NCBI GenBank assembly: GCA_964016885.1
Contig: OZ024746.1
Span: 47,616,001 to 47,680,000 of the forward strand
Origin: Eledone cirrhosa
Taxonomy: Eukaryota
Reading direction: 5' to 3'
DNA: 64,000 nucleotides
Under the pieces are notes generated by a model. It did not search any database and had not been told where the DNA came from. It was given only the letters and a program-made list of their open reading frames with translations. Within the stretch, counting starts at the first letter, position 1. Each line of letters starts with the position of its first letter. Both the position numbers and the translations under genes were made by a program. Of the stretch, positions 58,334-64,000 are shown in pieces.

Positions 58334-58381
<48 letters not shown>

Positions 58382-58759
58382 GTCTCCGAAAGAATGCCCA
58401 GAATTGGCTTGGGGTTAAACACTACCAACCACAGCGAAAACCACCAATATCATCCCGACCCATGATATCCACATCATTGCTTTTAACTGCTTTCAACCAA
58501 TCATTACCACTCTGTCGCACCACCACCACAACCACCACCGCCACTACCACCATCAACACGACAACCACCAACCCCATTCCACCACCACCTCTTCGTCACA
58601 AGATCACCTACACCCCACCTATACTACTACTACTACCGCAACCACCATCACAAACAACAACAGTATAAAGAAAAAAAAAAATACTTTCATCAAAATTTGA
58701 TTTGCAAAAATCAGATAATTTAATTACTCAATGACCTCTTCTTCCTAGAGAACAACTTA

Positions 58760-60236
58760 GTAGTGGCGATGGTGGTTGTGGTGGTGATAGTAGTGGTGGT
58801 AGTGGTGGTGGTGATAGTACTGGTGGTAGTGGTGGTGGTGATAGTGGTGGTGGTTGTGGTGGTGGTAGTAGTGGTGGTTGTGGTGGTGATAGTAGTGGTG
58901 GTAGTGGTGGTGGTAATAGTAGTGGTGGTTGTGGTGGTGGTGGTTGTGGTGGTGGTAGTAGTGGTGGTAGTGGTGGTGGTGATAGTAGTGGTGGTTGTGG
59001 TGATGGTAGTGGTGGTGGTAGTGGTGGTGGTAGTGGTGGTGGTGATAGTAGTGGTGGTTGTGGTGATGGTAGTGGTGGTGGTAGTGGTGGTGGTAGTAGT
59101 GGTGGTGGTGATAGTAGTGGTGGTTGTGGTAGTGGTAGTAGTAGTGGTGGTAGTTGTGGTGGTGATAGTAGTGGTGGTAGTGATGGTAGTGGTGGTGGTA
59201 GTAGTGGTGGTTGTGGTGGTGGTAGTGGTGGTGGTAGTTGTGGTGGTGATAGTAGTGGTGGTAGTGGTGGTGGTAGTGGTGGTGGTAGTTGTGGTGGTGG
59301 TGATAGCGGTTGTGGTAGTGGTGGTGGTAGTGGTGGTGGTAGTTGTGGTAGTGATGGTGATAGTAGTGGTGGTAGTGGTGGTGGTAGTAGTGGTGGTGGT
59401 GGTGGTGGAGGTAGTAGTGGTGGTTGTGGTAGTAGTGGTGGTTGTGGTGGTGGTAGAGGTGGTGGTAGTGGTGGTGGTAGTGGTGGTGGTAGTGGTGGTG
59501 GTAGTGGTAGTGGTAGTGGTGGTGGTAGTTGTGGTAGTGGTTGTGGTAGTGGTGGTGATAGCGGTTGTGGTGGTGGTAGTGGTGATAGTAGTGGTGGTAG
59601 TGGTGGTGATAGTAGTGGTGGTAGTGGTGGTGGTAGTTGTGGTGGTTGTGGTGGTGGTAGTGGTGGTGGTCGTGGTGGTGGTAGTGGTTGTGGTAGTAGT
59701 GGTGGTAGTGGTGGTGGTCGTGGTGGTGGTAGTGGTTGTGGTAGTAGTGGTGGTAGTGGTTGTGGTAGTAGCAGTGGTGATAGTAGCGGTGGTGGTAGAT
59801 GTGGTGGTAGTGGTGGTGATATTAGTGGCGGTTGTAGTGGTGGTAGTAGTTATGGTGGTAGTGGTAGTAGTAGTGGTGATAGTAGTAGTGATAGTAGTGG
59901 TGGTAGTGGTGGTGATAGTAGTAGTGGCGATAGTAGTGGTGGTAGTGGTGGTGGTAGTAGTAGTGGTGATAGTAGTAGTGATACTAGTAGTGATAGTAGT
60001 GGTAGTGGTAGTGGTGGTAGTGGTGGTAGTGGCGGTAGTGGTGGTGGTAGTAGTAGTGGTGATAGTAGTAGTGATAGTAGTAGTGATAGTAGTAGTGATA
60101 GTAGTGGTGGTGGTAGTGGTGGTAGTGGCGGTAGTGGTGGTGGTAGTAGTAGTGGTGATAGTAGTAGTGATAGTAGTAGTGATAGTAGTAGTGATAGTAG
60201 TGGTGGTGGTAGTGGTGGTAGAGGTGGTGGTAGATG
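58760..60236. repeat. (GTG/GTA/GTT)n trinucleotide array
   Basis: About 1.5 kb of in-register GTN/ATA triplets, which produces the spurious poly-Val ORF. Confidence 0.95.
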
Positions 60237-60316
60237 ACTACACCAGTCCCGAACACAGAGGAACCAAACGCCCACAGTCATCGCCTCTGTGTCTCCCGCC
60301 CTCCCCATTTCTCACT

Positions 60317-60513
60317 GGGCGGTGGATTGGCAGTATCGGTAGAGGGTTGGACGCCATGCTTTGACGCATAGAGTTAGGGCCCTTGCCATTCTGAGTTCAA
60401 ATCCCGCCGAGCTTAACTGTGCCTTTCATCCTTACGGGGTCGATAAAATAAAGTACCAGTAATGTACTGGCGGTATTTGCTGGCCTTGTGCCAAAAGTAG
60501 AAACAACTATTAT
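60317..60513 (+). mobile_element. Full-length tRNA-derived Deu/Nin SINE
   Basis: A-box-like tggcagtatcgg, B-box gagttcaaatccc, Deu core and tail. Confidence 0.9.
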
Positions 60514-60718
60514 GAGCAACTGGGGTCCCACGCGCAGGCCGCCCCACAGCCCCCGGGCGAAACAGATTGAGTCTAAAATCTGTCCGAGAGATGAAATGTT
60601 TTTGATACAGTCAGTATAAAATTAATATATCATACTGTATGGTTAAGATTACATTTTTAAAACATTAGTGGTATCTTATACCCTCGTAATTTTAGACACG
60701 AGATTTACTGTGTTTATT

Positions 60719-60813
<95 letters not shown>

Positions 60814-60914
60814 CAAGCGTTAAACTAATATATTTCTTCATTGTACTGTGCTGTGAGGCCAGTATTGAAACGGCTACTCCACTATACAGTGCTGGCTATA
60901 ACTAGACCCCAAAA

Positions 60915-60972
<58 letters not shown>

Positions 60973-61848
60973 GTCTCATAACTCCTAGAATCTTAGGGGC
61001 GCCGAGTCCATTCCTCTCCAGGTTTGAGTACAGCAGATTTCTTCCAGAGAAAGATAGAAAGTGAGAGAGTGTAAATGAGAAAGAAATGTAGAGGAACAAT
61101 CTACCTCAGTACTAGACTGGTACTTTTTTTTATTGACCTCTGAATGTCAATAAAAAATAGTATAATAAAATTTCATAATATGTATATACCTGTTGTATAT
61201 CGAATAATATACGAGTTGTTTATGAAAAACATTTGAAAGCCTTTAGCTATGAATTTTTGATGGTTGTGTCCATCCTTGTCTCAGCAAAAGCAATGGGAAA
61301 TAATTGATACCGTGTTGTTTCTCGCTTGTTGGTGGTTATCAAAGCTACATATCGCCCTGATTCTGCTGAGAATAAAATAAACTAGACAAATAAATTTTTC
61401 GCTGATGTATATGAGCTTATGAAGCACATTTGCATATTTAGCCGATTCCGCTAAAATATAATAATAAAAAAAATTAGTGCTGGTGCTCCAACGAAGGGTG
61501 TTCAAATGTTTTTTTAAATAAATATCCTGTACATTATCCGATATACAACACGTACTTATATATGTATCACGCTATGCTGGAACACCAATACTAATAAATA
61601 AAAATATATATGCATTAACAAATATCTTGTTAAAAAGCATTTAAAGAAACAAACATTTAGAAGTCGATTTTTCCGACCTAATACTTATCGAGCTGTTTAT
61701 TGTCTAATCCCTATCTTACGGGAGATAGACGAAGACACGGACACACACACATGCACACATAGACATACACATACACACACACACACACACAGACATACAC
61801 ACATGCGCAGGAATACACACACAGACATACATAGATGCTCACACACAG

Positions 61849-61881
<33 letters not shown>

Positions 61882-62348
61882 TACACACACACACACACAC
61901 AGACACACACAGACACGCACACACACATATGCACAGGCATACACACACAGACGCACTCACACATGCACAGGCATACACATACACGCACACACACACACAC
62001 TCTCTCTCTCTCACACAAACACAAATTTCACAATGAACATCCAAATATATCTATCTATGTGTGAGCGTGCGTCCATCCTTGCAATGGCTGCCTAGAATGG
62101 CGGCTTCGCAAATGATTTATATGATACAAATACAATTTATAATTGCTGGAATTGTACTGCAGTAAATTTAGTGCAAATTACTTTTATTCAAAAGCACACG
62201 TGTTTAAGAATACGTAAAATACGTAAACTATTTCGGCTAGAACAAACTGTTTCAGCTAAAAACATACAAATAGATAAATTTTGTATTATAATACATACAC
62301 ACACACATATATATATATATACATATACATACATACATACATATATAT

Positions 62349-62402
62349 ATAGATGAGATTCTACAGGACTAGAACTGTTTCATTCTTTAGAAATCATCAG
62401 GA

Positions 62403-62439
<37 letters not shown>

Positions 62440-62687
62440 CAAATATAAATTAGCGAGAATCGTATTTCGGCTCAGGAATTAATATATATATATATATATA
62501 TATACAAACGGAAAAAATGAAACGAAATTTCATTTCCCACTCTTAGTACGGCTGTTATATATATATATATTCCTGAAACAGTTCTAGTCCTGTAGAATCT
62601 CATCTATATTAAAACTTTTATACTCTGCTATGTATTGTGTACCTTACTTACTGTGGTTACTTCCGATTCAACCCGGAATAACTTACT
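62349..62687 (+). mobile_element. Family E inverted element interrupted by nested (TA)n and mini-elements
   Basis: Left arm at 62349-62382 mirrors 62574-62608, with the tail running to 62687. Confidence 0.75.
62357..62405 (-). ncRNA. Type I hammerhead motif (family E)
   Basis: Minus strand: gattc-CTGATGA-tttc-taaa-gaat-GAAA-CAG-ttctagtc-CTG-TA-gaatc, with a 5-bp stem I, 4-bp stem III and GUA triplet. Confidence 0.82.
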
Positions 62688-62700
62688 ATATATATATATA

Positions 62701-62882
62701 GGAACGAGTAGGACCCCGACGGCTGAGCTCAAGCCGTTTCGAGGTCCAGAATTAGCCGTCGAAACGGCTTGAGCTCAGCCATCGGGGTCCTACTCGTTCC
62801 TATTACCCACTCTACTACCCTAAGTATTGAGTACTTTGGTGCGTTATGGTCCACCTGGTTCCTTACCACATTTCCTTCGTTA
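62701..62882 (+). mobile_element. Family A copy 6
   Basis: Nearly identical to copy 1 apart from a loop deletion. Confidence 0.88.
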
Positions 62883-62924
62883 TATATATATATATATATA
62901 TATAAAATTTCAGGTTATCAATAA

Positions 62925-63362
62925 TGTAATTGCAACTGTGTCCAACCAGGAATGTGTCCGTTGAACAATCAGTGTCTTGAACGCAACATCGTATACAAAT
63001 GTACTATCGAATCGGATAGACAGAAGAGGTACTATGTGGGATCTACAGCCACTTCCTTCAAATCACGCCTTTATAGACATCGTTACTCGATAAAACATGA
63101 AAACCAGCGTTATGTAACAACACTCGCAGACAAGGCTTTGCAGCTGCGTGAAAATAACCAACAATTTCACCTAAAATGGGATATAATAGTGACTGCCCCC
63201 CCATAATCCCACGGACAGGAATTTTGTAAATTATGTAATGTGGAATTATTTTGTATTATGAAATCCAAAAACATTTTATTAAATAACAAAATAGAGCGAT
63301 CGTTATACTGTAACCATCGCTTAAAATCTACATTTTCATATTATAAATACTACCAGGATTGA
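62925..63362 (+). pseudogene. GIY-YIG endonuclease domain of a second PLE (one premature stop); 3' UTR probably runs off the window
   Basis: CNCNCVQPGMCPLNNQCLERNIVYKCTI...YYVGSTATSFKSRLYRH...LKWDII.TAPP*SHGQEFCKLCNVE...LLNNKIERSLYCNHR...*. Confidence 0.9.
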
Positions 63363-64000
63363 ACGCCTGTCTCTATCTCCGTTTGATTGTCAAAATAGAT
63401 ATTAACATTCTCTATTAGTCTTAATTCTATCAACTCTTCTATTATTTACCATTTAATATAAATTGCTATAGATAAAATGAGATTTCTGATTTCTTCATTC
63501 AATTACCTAATGCATATACCTGCTGGCTACTAGCATTGATGTTATTCAGTAGCAATCGAAATCTCCCCCTTCCCCAATTGACACTTTATAATTAATACTA
63601 CTACACCAAATGACCAGCCCTGTCCACTGTCCAATTGGTCAAGTAGAGATTAAAATTGGCACTCCCAATAGTTCTTATTTAGATAAAATGAACCATTTAC
63701 TCATGGTATTCTCATTAGAAAGCCTTTATATACTTGTTTAGCAGTAAATTGAATTACCATCTGTCATATACTATCCCCTCTCTTCTTCCTCTATTACTAA
63801 TATAAATACTTCAATTTTTCTGATTTTATCCAATTTATCCAAAATCTCTGAAGAAGTGACAACTGATTATACATTTGCTATCGAATACTTGCTAACATTA
63901 TATGATTACGCAAGCAGCAATACATAGGTATTCCGTCTGTTACAGAAACATATGTCAATATCTAATAAATTCCTTTTAAATAAAAAACACTTTCATATAT

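Noticed and set aside
58763-60364. 533-aa poly-Val ORF
   Set aside because: It is a trinucleotide microsatellite running into a SINE, with no domain content.
60317-60410. tRNA gene
   Set aside because: The A and B boxes are too far apart, no cloverleaf forms, and the sequence continues into the SINE core.
63204-63206. In-frame stop in GIY-YIG as selenocysteine recoding (as in some Naiad PLEs)
   Set aside because: The codon is TAA, not TGA, and it aligns with a Tyr in the 31072 copy. It is a simple nonsense mutation.

Overview
AT-rich metazoan DNA, most likely an octopus-type cephalopod. This is inferred from the repeat content (Deu/Nin-domain tRNA-SINEs, (GAT)n-tailed RTE LINEs, very large (TA)n arrays). 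There is a 200-N gap at 37352-37551. The only host coding sequence I can support is one 128-nt minus-strand exon of mannose-6-phosphate isomerase (MPI, 2197-2324); the first ~14 kb is probably its intron and 5' region. Almost every long ORF in the supplied track is a microsatellite artefact. The rest of the window is mobile DNA: RTE, CR1/Jockey-like and R4/Dong-like LINE remnants, a Tc1/mariner-type element, a Helitron, and SINEs. The most striking component is a dense population of Penelope-like element (PLE) pieces embedded in (TA)n. These include two GIY-YIG endonuclease 3' ends with a CxC-x5-C-x5-C linker, eight canonical-core and two CCGANGA-variant type I hammerhead ribozyme motifs from about seven sequence families, and many small 'hairpin + tail' fold-back elements. 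In several of the fold-back elements the hairpin turns inside hammerhead stem II, deleting the CUGANGA half and leaving a half-ribozyme on both strands. All folds were read by eye and none has been computed or tested.
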